Made by a program: the position numbers and the translations under genes
Origin: Tubulanus polymorphus
Lineage: Eukaryota; Animalia; Nemertea
NCBI RefSeq assembly: GCF_964204645.1
Contig: NC_134036.1
Location: 3,100,001-3,164,000 of the forward strand
Direction: 5' to 3'
DNA: 64,000 nucleotides
The notes under the pieces: model-generated
What the model was told of the DNA's origin: nothing
Database searches by the model: none
The model's input: the letters and a program-made list of their open reading frames with translations, nothing else
Part shown: piece by piece, positions 49,201-62,807 of the stretch
How positions within the stretch are numbered: position 1 is the stretch's first letter
Layout of the letters: each line of letters opens with the position of its first letter

Positions 49201-51823
49201 CGCGACGATCTGGAAACGGCGATTGGACGACGACGCCGGCGATGATACTGGAAATATCGGCGATAAAAAACAACGTGTAAAAAACGAACCGAGCGAGAAG
49301 ATGATGAAGATATTCGAGAAAGTTCCGCCGGCGTCGACGGTTACTTTCCTGTCTCCCGAGAAGAACAAACTCGAATCTGATGAGATTGGGGAGAATAGCG
49401 GTGGAGCCGGTCGAGGTCAATGGGGACAGCGTCTTCACCTGGCGAATGAAGATTTCGAAGTGACGTTTTTGAACGAATTTAAACCCGATGTGAAAAAAAC
49501 GACGGAAATTGAACTGAAAGAACCGACTAAAGCTTCATCTGCGAACAATGAGACGGAAAATATATCTAGTTCAACAGCGGCTAATGACAGTATAAACTCA
49601 ACTGTTGTTGATTCCGTGGTGACCAGTTGCGATGTTCGGACCGTCGCCCCTGGAAATCAAACATCTCCACCTCGGACTAATGACCCCGTCAATTCACAAT
49701 CGCAAAATTTAGAAAACGACGGAAAGGTTGACGTTTCCGACAACGTTAAAAAGTGTTCGGAAAATAACGAAATGTACCGACGAAACGCTGGTGGGGAAAC
49801 GAAAACTGAACCGGCTGTTAACACAGGAATTCGCGTGCCCGGCGCGCCTGTACAAATGGCAGTTTCGCCGAAGCCGGTTAGAAAAAGGAAAATGACCGAT
49901 CGACTGTTAAGTTATCGGCAAGAAGTTCAGAAGAAAAATTCGAAAACGAAAAAATATCGTAAGACCGTCGAAGACGAACGCTTCGAAAAAGCAGACGATA
50001 GCGACGACGAGATATCGTTTAGAAAATCTGCACTACCGCTCGTACAAGTCGACTGGGAACTAAGCGAACAAGGTCAAGGCGACGTGGAGAACAACTGGCA
50101 AATACCTGACGTAGAAGAAAGCGGTTTAATTAATGAACCAATAATTTCGTTATCTGAAGCCGTACGACAGGCGAAAGACCAACAAGAACGCGGAGACATT
50201 CCGGTGCCGATAGCAGAAATTGGAGATGCGTTAGTTGAAGAAACGCATCCGTTTGTTGTTGAAAATGTTCACATTGAACAATCTCCGATAGCAGACAACA
50301 CTGCTGATATCGGCGGCGACGACAATGTCCAAAAACATTTAACTGCAGCACAAACTGAATGTGTCGAGAGTAGAAAATCTAATGTCGAAAGGCAGCAACA
50401 AGTCGCAGATGAAATTACATCATCCGTAACTTCGAGGCAGCAGTCATCACTTCCGCAATCGGATCCGTCTCGTATCGCGCAGCAAAACCAATATCATCTA
50501 AACGAAGAGAATTCCAAATGGAATTCATTGAAATCATCGTCATCGTCCTCGTCGACTTCATCTTCACCCGTCTCTTGGCAACACGGTCGCTTTCTAGCTG
50601 GCGCTACATACGAGCGACGGCGTAAGAAGCAGCTTTCGGGAGTTCGTGTCTCGACGAAAAGAACTTCGGAAGATGATGGCGACGGATGTAAATACGCGAA
50701 AAAACCTTCCACTCGAATTGGCAAGACACGCCGTCGGTCGCAGGAGAGTCCGGAATACTCGTCGAGGCGAAGGGGTCCGGCTTACTCGTGGGCGTCCTTA
50801 GCGCAGCACGGATTCTCGGTGGATAGTTCTACAATGGATCATAGTTTGACCATCGAAAGTCCCACGAAACGGAGCAGTTCGGTCGAACAGTCGAAACTGT
50901 TTGGAACCGATACGACCGATGGAAGGCTGCCGATTAAGTCTCTTGTCGTGGTACGGCCAGTATCGGTAACATCTCTGAATCAAAACAACGCGCGTTTGGA
51001 AGAGAGTCTCTCGACCGCCTCTAAACAAGATACTTCACTCGCGAAAAGCCAAACAACCGTCTCAGATCGAATGGACCGTTTGGTCCGAACCGGTGGATTG
51101 ATTTGTTCTAGTAAGAAATCCCTGAATCCTATGCCTTCATCGAGTAATTTTCAGCATTCGAAAGCGACTACGCGTACCATTGAACATGTCTCAGCAGAGT
51201 TGGAAGTACAAACAAATTATCATCTGGAAAGCTCAAAAGACGATGCTCCGGTGGTTGGTCAAAAGCAATTCATGGACATAAAATTTACGCAATTGGCGAC
51301 CAGACGACCCAGTACATCCTCGGCTTCGTCTTACGTGGACGAGTTGATTTCACCCGAGGGAGAGAGCGAGGTGATAGCTTCGTACGCAATGAATGCGTTG
51401 AAGAGGTTGAGCGCTTCTGCGCAACAGCAACCATCGCAGCCACTGGTAAAATGCGAGCCACACCAACAGCAGCAGCAGCAGCAGCAGGAACAGCAGCGTG
51501 GTCTCACCTGGGAAGATATCGTACGTGGTAAAAAATGCAGCTCGTCGCCAACGCCATCTATATGCAGCTCCGTCATGTCTAAGACGCCGACTCAGACATA
51601 CAAGCCTTATAAACCGGAAGGGATGCCGCCGCCATGCGAGGTATGCGGCGAGAAGAACGACCTGTGGGCGACTGCTTTATCGCATCTTATTTCGCATCGT
51701 GATAGCCACGCGGCTGGTCGCTATAACTGCGAACACTGCGGTAAGAGGTTCCAGTGGCAGTTACTCTACTCCTATCACATACAGGTGTGTCAGAGTCTGA
51801 ACAACGACGCCAATAACGCATAG
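34283..51823 (+). CDS. Giant (~4470 aa) multi-C2H2 zinc-finger protein with long acidic/Ser-rich disordered regions
   Basis: Predicted exons 34283-34298, 34519-34578, 35085-37427, 37670-37786, 38260-38360, 39710-40025, 40651-48207 and 48921-51823; phases are consistent (13413 nt total). Fingers include YVCP|ICGYDF..H...H (split by an intron), CEHC..HMRVH, CAIC..HIRLTH, CPKC..HMESCH, CHLC..HMRLH, CEVC..HLISH and CEHC..HIQVC. The first two small exons are less certain. Confidence 0.8.
34312..34450. mobile_element. MITE (gggcccagtttcacga...tcatgaaactggaccc)
   Basis: Terminal inverted repeats visible. Confidence 0.65.
37950..38160. mobile_element. Degenerate fold-back element in zinc-finger gene intron
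   Basis: agttgatgacttaacagtttattctgacagtttc pairs with gaaactgtcagaaaataaattgttaaatcttcaact. Confidence 0.6.
42110..43330 (+). repeat. Coding tandem repeat, 99 bp / 33 aa, ~12.5 copies (first two 93 bp)
   Basis: Unit IEQLSTESLDAKDSIAEAECRSPRASIPDTSGS; agaacagctgagt recurs at 42296, 42395, 42494 and onward. Confidence 0.97.
44787..44975 (+). repeat. Coding 66-bp / 22-aa repeat, ~3 copies
   Basis: DDSLVHQAPVAVEPELESDGGV. A further ~120-bp coding duplication lies at ~46553-46793. Confidence 0.9.
48418..48595. mobile_element. Inverted duplication resembling a Penelope-like element end (hammerhead-like relic)
   Basis: aagaacacgatgtttcgatctcacccta...tagggtgagatcgaaacgtcgtgttctt, plus outer arms agataaaaacccactatttacaaattaaaa / ttttaattcgtaaatagttggtttttatct. 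Confidence 0.5.
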
Positions 51824-53053
51824 TCGTAAAATCAATAAATATCTTCCAATTAAAAGTGAAAAGAAAAACAACCTGAGGCTAAAAATTAATACCTTGTTTC
51901 TCATTGCTCGAAGATTCACCCGGCCCCTACATTACTTATTTCAAATCATGATCACGCTGATTTTAACATACCCAGCAGCTATAGAAATGAACTGATCGCA
52001 AATGTCATTACGATTTACGAAATGACCCGGCCGATTAGGAGAAAAACAAGGTATCATTTCTGTTTATCCCTAAAGTTAACATGTACGGTACACGCTATTA
52101 TGAACGTCTCTTTCACCTGTCGATTGTAAAACATGGCATCCACTTGTAGATGAGAAAATGTAAACGCGATTGATCGACTTATACTGGTCTCAAGATACTT
52201 AACTTAAGTTGTAGATATGCTACAATATATGAATGAAAATACTTTGAAATGATTGAAAACTGCAATGACCTGTTTATTAACTGTACATTTTTGTGTGACA
52301 ATCGTTTCTTTTATTGTTTCATTTGGTTCGACGTTTATTTTACGCAACTAACATAATGTTTACATGTATTTGTGAGAGGGTTAGGCCGTACAATGCGTAC
52401 ATTGGTAGTTATTTATATAAATATCTGTACATAAATGATGTTCATTTTTAAATGGTTTGTAAATAAATCGTTGGAATTTATATTAAGATTTTGTTTCATT
52501 CGTATTTTCTTTCGTTTCGCCACATTCTCGTCGATCAGAGCTGGGATGGCTCCATAGTGCAAGAGAGTAAACTCCTCCATTGCGGGACTACATTCTACCC
52601 CCCCCCCCCCCCACTAACGACTCTGCCCAGGAAACAACTGGGAACCTCGTTGATACGACGAACCTATCTTGAATTTAATGCGAAATAGTCGTAGTTTCGT
52701 ACTATGTATCAAAAACATGATCGATATGAACATCTTAGTTGGGACATACTGGAAATCATCGTAATAGATGGATTTCATCTTAGGAAAATCGAGTTCAACG
52801 GTATTCATTCCTCGGGGTACCAGACAATGTTTGTCACAAACGATAGTTCGTTATATCGAATAGGAAACTACATGTACATGTACAGTTCTAGAATCTATCT
52901 TTTTGTGACGAAATGAGTCCCTGTTTTAATATCGAGGTACTGCAATCTACTGTACATCGAAAATGAGAACATACATAACTGACTAAAAACATTTTTTTAT
53001 TATCAACAATTTATTCACGCGTACAAAACAAATGCAGAAATTGTTAAAAAGTG

Positions 53054-55900
53054 TCACAATTCTTCTTTATCTCGAGTTTCATTTTCTAGACTGGATTTCG
53101 TCTTCTTTTCACTTTTCTTCGTAGTTTTCTTGTTCGCAACATTTTCCTTCTAGAAAACAAACATGAAAAACATCATAAAACACCAAACGAATTCTTTCTT
53201 AATCAGATCTTTTAAAAAACCCGGACCCTGGTCGACTACGGTTCTCACTTGCACAGATCCGGCTCCGGGGTAAACTTTCCCTTCAATCGTTACGTCTTTA
53301 CAGCGATCCTGAGCGATCAAATAATTCTTAACAGTCCACGCGAGTGCGCCGTCCTGCAGTACGAACAACACCCGGTCGGGACTTGTAACGTATCTGAAAA
53401 TTTTTTAAAAATTGAGGAAAATTTGAACGAAGTCAATTTAGAAAAGATTATGAAAATAACAATTACACGGGTCCCACTTTTCAAATCCAGATCTCCAGAT
53501 ATGCTACGTAGTATCAGGATTAAGAATTATACCTTTGTAGTTCAATGTTGCCGTTGTAAAGACCCTGTTGCCACAGTCCGGATATTTCTTCAGTTTCGCG
53601 TTGACTCGGGTTTCCGGACACCGAAACGAACATCATTAGAGTTTGACCTTTCTTCGCGTTTTTCATCACAGATTCCGGGTCCTTGGGATCGATTTTATTC
53701 ATGTCGATTGTCGGACGTTTTTGTTTATACTTCGGCTTTTCATCTTCTTCTAATTCGTCTTCGTCGTTTTCCTGGAAAAAGTTTTGCATAAAAAAATCAA
53801 ATATAGGCACCCTATACTGAAGCAAATACTAATAGATTTCATAAAGTATATAACTTGACTTTAACGTTACTTCAAAAAAAAATTTGCTGTCAAAGAAGAA
53901 TCGGTAAATCTCCATTATTAATGATCTAATTAGTAGGGTCGGATATAGTTAGTTACCTAATCGTTGGTGGTAAGCTTTTTATAATCGGATGGGCTTATAC
54001 CAACTTGTGGTTTGTAAAAATATCCGATCGTGAAACTAAACCACAGACAGGTTACTGACTAGGTCGGATAGGGAAAATAATAATTTATTCAACAAATTGA
54101 GAAGAGGTCGAGTCCCGAAGAGTTGACAAAGAACAGACTAAAAGAGGGAACAATTTTTCAGCTTCCGATATGACCTGAAATTGAAATACAAATTCCATCG
54201 TATTTTCTAGTTCAATCTATCATTAAAGGGTAACTGACACTTTTTAAAAGATTTTCTACTTTTTACACTAAACGATATATTATAGTATACAATAAGGCTA
54301 GGTGATTTCATAATTGGACAAATCTTTTCAATCTAGTCAGAATTGATGATTTTGATGTTCGCGCACCTGTTCAGTGTATACATTGCTTCTGCTGAACGCG
54401 TGGTACTGTGTCTATTAATAGAACTACGTCACTAAAGTAACGGCTCGGAAATGATGTCTATAGAAATGAATAGGAAATAAGCTACAAGAGCAATTCAACT
54501 TAATTTTATACCTATTTGGCATTCGAATTGAGACAAAATGCCTCTTGATTTTGAAAGTCTACATATTAATGATTATACTTAACTGTTGAATGGACCATAT
54601 CCGTTCCAACTAAGCGCAAAAATAGGATTTGAATAGCAATCCATGGCATTTTCTAGTAGACAGCAGGGAACACGGATGTTTAAATCATCGTTTTGTAATA
54701 TCATTTAGTGATAGTAAGTAAGATCATGGTTAGATCTAAGAATATTTTGACTAATGAACTGATGATGAAACTTAGACAGAATTAGCTGCAAGAATAATTT
54801 CAATTCTTTTCTTGAAATATACCTCGTATTGGTAGCGGCTTTGGTCACAAAATAAGAATATTTCCTCATCCATCCTATTTTAAAACTTAGAAATAACATT
54901 TGTGAAAGATTTGTGATGTAATCTATCAAAACTCTTCTGCAGCGTGAAACTTTAATCGAAAAACATTATTCCTTTGAATATTTGTTGTAAAGCTGTAGAA
55001 ATTTATGAAAGTTTTTGTAGAGTTTTGAAGTGTTAGTTTTAAAACTAGGCCTACTTAGTCTTAAATGACTTTGAAAAATAGTAAACGAATATGAATCTAT
55101 TTATTCTTTAGCGAGATCGAAATCTGTGATTACATAAGACATTGTAGTATGCTTGTGGTGCTGAACTATAGGTGAACTATGGAGCAGCAGTAACAGTGCT
55201 GAGAGCTTAGCATAGTGTACTTTAAAATAGCTTCATAGCAGCGGATTGAAATCTGCATCTTCAATTTGATCGATTTAGCCTATTCAAATTACTCATTGAT
55301 TCTTTGAAATAGGTTTATGCAATAGACAATAGATCCTTTTAACTCCCTGGCCAGTTTCAAAGCTGTAAAACAATCTGGCATTGAGATATAACAGAAAATA
55401 CACGCAGTTTCCTCAAAATTCAACACATTTCTATAGACGCTATTTCTCAGCTCTGCCTGTAATGACGTTGCAGCGCGCACCTGCTGATTTAGCCGACGCT
55501 GAACAGTAAGCGATGTAAACAACGAAATGAGGTCAAAAATCTTGTTACAAAATCACAAATTGCGCGTTAACTAAACATTTTGGAACAGAACGGTTGAAGA
55601 TGAGTGTATAGATCAATAGAATACATCATATTTTGAAATAAAAAAAAAAGTGTCAGTTACCCTTTAAAAGACTACTTTCTTCAACAAATTGCGACCTGGC
55701 TGAATTTGCAACCGGAAGCTGTCGGATTTTACCTCCCACTGATCAAGTAAACGCTCCAAATCGGCATCCGTATAATCTCTGATGTCTTTCTTCTTCCATT
55801 TCGCGTCTTGCTTCGATTCGGCAGATTTTTCCGAGCCGTGAACGACGCAAAAATATAGAATAAACGCGCAAATCGATAGCTTGACCCAATACGACGCCAT
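53054..55900 (-). CDS. MESD: LRP chaperone MESD (boca), 215 aa
   Basis: Exons 55733-55900, 53533-53771, 53249-53393 and 53054-53149. Signal peptide, KKKDIRDYTDADLERLLDQWEE, KKGQTLMMFVSVSGNP, DGALAW..K.YL..QDRC..VTIEG..YPG, and a C-terminal KEEL ER-retention signal. Confidence 0.96.
54227..55663. mobile_element. Non-autonomous Kolobok-type DNA transposon (1437 bp) in MESD intron 1
   Basis: TTAA|AGGGTAACTGACACTTTTT ... AAAAAGTGTCAGTTACCCT|TTAA: perfect ~19-bp TIRs, AG termini and a TTAA target site. No long ORF inside. Confidence 0.85.
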
Positions 55901-56487
55901 CTTGTGGCTCCACACAGCCGCCTCGATTACGCCTTCACCGACGGTTAGAATTTAGTACTTGAGTCTATTCATCGATAGATGGCAGTACTACTCGTGGGGC
56001 GATATCCACCGACTGCGCGTGCGCGCACGTTAAATAAAGATGGCCGCTCGATCGAACTATGTCGAATTTTGTCGATATTTCGACAGAAATACGTGAATAA
56101 AACAACTTTCCCGTCACCCTATCACTCGAAAGTGGAGATAATCTCAAAGACCGCCTCTTTACCGTTAATATGATGCCGGAATTTCGATAATCGGACCCCG
56201 ATAAATGTGTGAAATCAGTCTTTAATCGATGTAATTCTACTAAAATTGTCACTAAAAAAAGTGGGTACGAAAATACACCGGAGATTTTCGTTCAGATGAC
56301 CTCAACATAAGAGATTGTACGTCGGTTCGTTTTACGAATTGAGGCCCGTGAAAAGACCTCGGAATAAGAAACAGACACGTTAAAGGGGACCTCATATACT
56401 GTAAATTACTAGTATCCAGACAAGAAGGGGAGGAGGCTGTGCCCTCGCTGCTGTTAGTTACTGGGTTTGAGTGCTGTGCTGTGTAGT

Positions 56488-58252
56488 ATGAGTGTAGATA
56501 TGGATACTGATCACGATGCCTCGCTCACGGACGTGGCAGTCGCTGTCAAACCTAAAGAAGGTTCTGTCAGCTTCCGAGATCCTCCCAATGGTAAGTGCTG
56601 TCAATTTCTTCCGATGGACCGAGGGCTTTAACAGGCGCATTGGAAGCAATTTTTTATTGCTGCGGCCAAATGCCAATTTTGGACAGGTTCTTAATATTGC
56701 CGTGGCGAATTTACTTAATTTCTTCAAAAACATAGTATTCAAAGAAAAAAAAAAGTCATTCAATGAATTATTGCCGCAGGTTTCGTTGCTGCAGTCGCTG
56801 CAATTTCAACGCCACTGCTTAAGGCACTGGATAATGAATGTGATGCCTAAAGGATCACACAAAATGCTAACACAACACTATTGTATGTGGTACAATGAAA
56901 TAGATGTTTAATTAATTTTTCACTTTTTACAGAATCTCGGGAGCTAGAGTTTGTTGCGAATACGTCGACCACAAACATGACACAAGCCGCTACTCGTCCT
57001 GCTCCTATCGATGTAAGTTATGATAAAATGATACCTTGTTTTTCCTGTGATCAGCCGGGTCATTTTGAAAATCGCAATTAAATTTGTAATCGCCGAAAGC
57101 TAATTGGTAATTAAATGTGGAAGTGACTTCATAGGGGTCGACACTACCCTGTACTCATAAAGGTGGTCACCATATGTGTGGAATCGACTACCACCACACT
57201 ATTTGATGACGTCATAGGTGGATTTACGGTGGAGGCAGCCATACTATTTGAAAGAAGTTTTACGCTTGATAATACAGTATATGCATGGACCGATCCAAGA
57301 GGGAGCAAAAGCAGCCCAGCCCTCCTTTTCGATGAGAAATAGCATTTCCACATGTTATTTTGCTCTCTTAGACTTCAGAAAATGTTCCGAAGTTTTTTGC
57401 AAAATTTGGACCACAAGCCCCCGTAAGAGGCCAACCAAGCGCGTGTATACAACTAGACCTCAGATGTTTTGCCCCCTTCAATTTTCCTGGTTTCGTCCCT
57501 GATATGTTCATACCATACATAGGCCTATGTGTTTATACAGGCGTGTATATGTTTATATAAACATATAAATGTAAGTATGGATTATGTCAGTGGATATTAT
57601 CTGCAGGCATTGACCTGTTAAAGGTATTAGAATTCCAGCTGAGCATTTAAGTACGTGTAAATAAATAACCGTAAAACCTTTTGTCTTCTTGTGTCTTTCG
57701 AGTAATTTTTAGAATTTGGACATTTCCGATATCAATACCTGAAAGTATCAATGAAAACAATTTCAACCTTGAAAAATCCTAGTCAAAGTCACTTATTGGG
57801 CGTGCATTAATGAATGGGTTTTTCTTGAATTTACTCCAAGACTCGGAAAGATTTAAGATTATCCAAGGACAGTCCAGATGGGCTTCTGAGACATGTACAG
57901 GGTAACTGGCCACTTACCTGGAAATCAAGGAAAAACTTAGTTTCCATCTATGTCTTACATATTTGACTGTGTTAATTGATTGGACAAGTGAATCAATGTT
58001 TTTCTGATTTGTTTAGGATTTATGTTTAGCTGATGCTTGAAATGTAACAAGTTACTCTAAAACCCTCGATCTAGCCCCTTTTATCTCATCTCGAAATTGA
58101 CATTTCTCCACATTTTTTTTCCGTAGATTTCTAAAGACCCGGCATCGAGCAGCGGTCCGAAAACTCCATCGCTGGAAACTCCTCGATATGACAAAGAGAA
58201 GAAGATCGGTCACAGACGAGTGGATGACACGGGTCAAGTCACGTATAAGAAG
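56488..58252 (+). CDS. PIP5K1: Type I phosphatidylinositol 4-phosphate 5-kinase, 5' exons (gene continues beyond window)
   Basis: Exons 56488(or 56500)-56590, 56933-57012 and 58127-58252 in phase. The third encodes EKKIGHRRVDDTGQVTYKK, the conserved PIP5K1 N-terminal motif, and ends at a phase-0 donor. The kinase domain is not in the window. Confidence 0.82.
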
Positions 58253-59933
58253 GTAACGATCAGTTTTTCCTTCGATTCATAGTTAGAATGCTACAAGTTC
58301 AGTAAACTATGGATTTGCCGTTTCATTTTATGAAAAATAGGACTTTTTAATGCGTTGTTCAGTGAGATTTCACTTATTGCAACTACAGAGCTGCCATTTC
58401 AACACTGTTCCTCATTTTCAGTATTTGTTATCATTTTATAACGAGAAATACTGATTTGATTTGCTTTTGATGCATACAGAAGTTGTTAAGTTGGCCTCAT
58501 TCCGGTCGTCCTCCTTGATGGGATGGTTATTATGCGGATTACTTATCCAAATGATCATTTACGATAAGTATATCGAATTTAAATTGAATTTTAAATTTGA
58601 AAAATACAAATTGAATGCAAGACCTGCCATATTTAAACGCAGTGATTAGAAATTTAATTTGCACCAAGATATTGTCGAATTGTGCGAAAAGCGTTCGCGA
58701 TAAATTCATAGATTACTGCATTTGATTTGATGTTTCTTTTATTATCAAATTTTTGTTATCATTACGCGTTATATAGCAATGACAACCTATACAATAAAAA
58801 GGCCTAAACATGAATTCCGGCCTAGTTCACCAGTCTACGGAGACTCAGTTCCTCTTGAGAGCTCGATATCGATTCGGCCTATCTATCGATCGGTTTAGAA
58901 TTTATGAAACTGATTTCTGCGCAATATATACATAATTCTTTCTATCCTGTGAAATCGAAATCTATATTGAATAAAAGAGTTATTATTACACGAAAGATTT
59001 TTATGCCTAGTTCGTTTCTGGGAGATTCTTCTTTTGATTAATTAGCTTCGTTATTGGGTTTTGCTGAGAGACATGTTTTTCAGGTGTCGTTTCTTTTATC
59101 GCGACGTTAAAGGTGTTTTTAGCTAACGCGGATATCTGGATTTAGATCAAAGTCTGGGGCCAGTCGCTCAAAAGTTGGTTTGAGTTAACCAGTGGATAGT
59201 TAACTTAGTGACAATTGAAATTGCATTGTTACTATGGTATTCATTCGTTTACTCTATCTAACTAACTTTTGAGCAATTGGCTGCTGGATTGTACATTACA
59301 TATGTGATTCGCGTGTATTTGCCAAAATTGTTTCGTCATATCCTCAATAGATGGCAATGCCAGTGTCGTAAATGAACAATACAAGTCGAAGTTAGCTTCG
59401 TATCGTATTGTCACTAGATGGCAACAAGGCAGTGATTTGTACTCATTGTATTGATTCTATTATGTGTGTATTTGTTTGGGGTCTATAATAAGAGATCAGT
59501 TGATACACATTTAGTTGTGCCTCCTGTTTGCTATGTCATTCACTATATGAACTCTTACTATGATCTGCCTCAATGGTTACTATTCGTATGGACAAATATA
59601 GCATTCATAGTAGCTATATATCTCAGATCCTAACGAAAATTTCCGAATCCTGCCGAAAGCAAACTTTCTGCCAAATGGAAATCTTTAAGTGGCAGGGGTG
59701 AATCGAGGAATTTTCAATAAGGGGGCTAAAAAAATCTGAGGCCTAGAAGTTGTGTACACGTACTTGGTGCATGAGCGCAAGTGCCGTAGATGCAAAGTCC
59801 TCAGGCCCCTTTGGATCTGCCCAGCTTCGAACATGTTAATTTGAATTCTTTCATTACTAACTATCTGAGCTACATAGATGTATTATGTAGGCCTATGTTA
59901 GTTTATACCATAAATACGTTTTGAAAAAAGGTT

Positions 59934-60220
59934 TCTTCCCTCTCTCCCTTCTCTCCCCTATCTCCTCCTCTCCTCTCCCTTCTCTTCATCCTCTCCCTCT
60001 TTCCATCTCTCCTCCCTCTCTCTTCCCTCTCTCCCCTTCTCTCCCCTATCTCCTCCTTCTCCCCTCTCCCTTCTCTTCATCCTCTCCCTCTTTCCATCTC
60101 TCCTCCCTCACTCTTCCCTCTCTCCCCTATCTCCTCCTCCCCTCTCCCTTCTCTTCATCCTCTCCCTCTTTCCATCTCTCCTCCCTCTCTCTTCCCTCTC
60201 TCCCCTTCTCTTTCCTTTCT
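59934..60220. repeat. Polypyrimidine (CT-rich) low-complexity tract with internal ~78-bp duplications
   Basis: Nearly pure C/T; ctctcccttctcttcatcctctccctctttccatctctcctccctc occurs three times. Confidence 0.9.
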
Positions 60221-62372
60221 CTTGTAATTATTCAATACCCTCCAGAAAAATCGCCCAATAAAAGTTCATCTATCCTCAGCTTATGGCGATGGTATATTTT
60301 CTCCCATTTGGCATCGCATTTAAACTTTCCGTGACCTTATCATCTTGCAACAATCGATGTTAAATTGGGCGGCGTGTTAAAGAATGGGCGAAATCGATAC
60401 CGATATCAATATAACATATCTACATAGTCGATGATGTTTAGGGTGTGAGAAATAAATAAATAGTTAGATAAGCAGTTACACCCCATCTCTATCCGAGTCT
60501 ACTGGAGAATTAGCCAGGGATGTGCGCGCGGGTTGACGTAGTACTTTTATCTAGGCGTAGCTCATTTCTGTAGGCGCGCGCGTGACATGTTGAGTCTGTG
60601 GATTTATATATTCGATTGTTCATAAATCCATATTAATGTATCGTATGATCGTGTTGAATATGAATTTGATAAAACACTTAATGCTTATGTAAACTGCGAC
60701 TGATCATGGCATTAAGGCATCGGTCAGGTTTCTGCCCCCGCGATAAGATTGTGACTAATAGACTTGAGAAAGTTTATTTTAGGGTTAGAAACGTAAATAA
60801 AGTCAAAATTTTTTGATTTGTTCAATTAATCGGATTTAAAGATTTGGTCTAAGATTATCGAGCCAAAATTAGTTGGATTAGAAATATATAGGTCAGCAGT
60901 GCAGTTGACTGACAGTTAATCCTGAAATAGGGAATCAATTGTTGCTCTTAATCATTTTGTTGAATGATTACATGTGATGCTATGCTCACTTTTCGTGTGT
61001 CCTTTACAAACCTATCACATCTTCTGGCAATAAACCACCTTTACAGATCCAACACACTTAGTGGAAATAAAACAGGGGTTAAACTTGTTGATACATGCAA
61101 TGTTAGAATAGAAATACGGGTCAGAACATTGCCATGCATTAGTCGAGTTCTAAAAAACCTAGCCCTATTAGAATTTCTGCACATTTATCAATTCAAAACT
61201 ACTTCTGTAATTTGTTGAATATGGCTGCCATTTAAAAGTAAGTCCTTTATCCAGGATGACATACGATAGTATAAAACTAGATCGGGTATAAAACCTTAAA
61301 TTATCCTTGACAGTTTTAATAATAATAATAATAATATCCTCGAGGAAGAAGCTTAGTTTTTAATGTCAACATAACTTGCGATATTCGTAAAGTGCATCAT
61401 TATCGATTTCGACGAAATATGATAGAATCAAGACACGACACTTGCCAGTGGCGGTGTGACGATGATAGGCGTACCGCAGGCAGGGGAGTTGACGTTCGGT
61501 CCGTTTTATTACTGAATAGCGACGAAAACCTATTGTTGACTCTGTTGACGGAAGTGAAATGTCCCCCTTAATGAAATTGATGAAATTCATGGTCATGATC
61601 TTCGTGACATATGTGTATCCTCTTTCGCTGTTTTCCAGATGAGCTTTTTAGCCTTTTTTGCGGGGAGGTTACGGCCACCGCCATATATTACAATATAAAC
61701 ATGATCAGTAGTTCTTTGTTTATTTTTTCTTGCTTTACATCGTTGGATAATGGTTTCCTAAGACTCTTGGATTGTTCATTCAACTTCACGATCGGACGAC
61801 AGCCTTCAAAGTGTTGCTCTCACACTTTAAGCAGCCTGAGTGCAGGACTCAAATCCGCCTGTCATTCAGTAGCGATTAGTTGGAGAACCTTTTAAAGATC
61901 AAATTCAAATGAATTGATTTTACTAATAGATTATTTTTTGTGTACCTTGTTTATATGACTTCTGGCTCTGTATATCCTAACGGACATGTTCAGGGTACAT
62001 ACATTGATCCGACATTCTTATGTAGGCTCCAACTACAAGTATAAATGACAATTGCCCTTTTCTTCGCTTTATCCAATATTGCAACACATTTTCTCAAAAA
62101 TCTAATTGCTGCTTTGAAACTTTCGGGTGTTTCTAACACTGCCATATATTAACTCAAGCAGGATATAATTTATTAATTATTAGTGACAGGTTGTATTTTA
62201 ATCATAGATAACAGTTTATTAAGGAGTACACGATTGCTATATATTCAATATTTCAAGCACTTCTCTCTATTAATCTATAATATTAACTGTTTACTAATTG
62301 ATCAAGTATCGATATTAAGTATCGGTCTGATCTGTCGTTAATTCACTCATTTATTAATCGGGTAATTGAGCA

Positions 62373-62640
62373 TCCTCCTCGGCATAGATTCAAACCTGAT
62401 GGCGTCATGAGATTCGCTACAGTATGAAACCCTGCAACACTAACGCGGGTGTGCCGTTTCATTTAGGCCTGGGTTTTCCAATTTATAGTTTATCCTCAAT
62501 GCGCAATCTGATTAGGGTCGCAAGTTTTTGTGTGTCAAACTTGTGCTTGCAGCTGCGCACCTGGGTCTAGTGTGGCAGGGTTTCGTGCCGTGGCCGAGTC
62601 TTAACGATGGCATCAGGTTCAAATCCCTGCCTTGGGGGGA
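62373..62640. mobile_element. Inverted pair / long-TIR element with tRNA-like B box
   Basis: 62373-62455 is roughly 70-75% similar by eye to the reverse complement of 62556-62640, which contains GGTTCAAATCC. Confidence 0.5.
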
Positions 62641-62782
62641 GAACGCTAATTGATAAGCACTCTTCTTCATCAAATCATTAGTCGTAAACAATTTCCGAAA
62701 TGACGGACAATTGAAGTCTGGTTTAATAATGTCATCTCATCCCACTCATACTAGCATCCAGACAGGGAAGTATCTGTATATC

Positions 62783-62807
62783 GCAGCAGCAGCAGCAGCA
62801 GCAGCAG
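62783..62807. repeat. (GCA)8 microsatellite
   Basis: Directly visible. Confidence 0.9.

Noticed and set aside
56516-56911. 131-aa ORF MPRSRTW...
   Set aside because: Wrong frame. Splicing at 56590 in this frame hits a stop in the next exon, whereas the frame from ATG 56488/56500 leads into the PIP5K1 motif.
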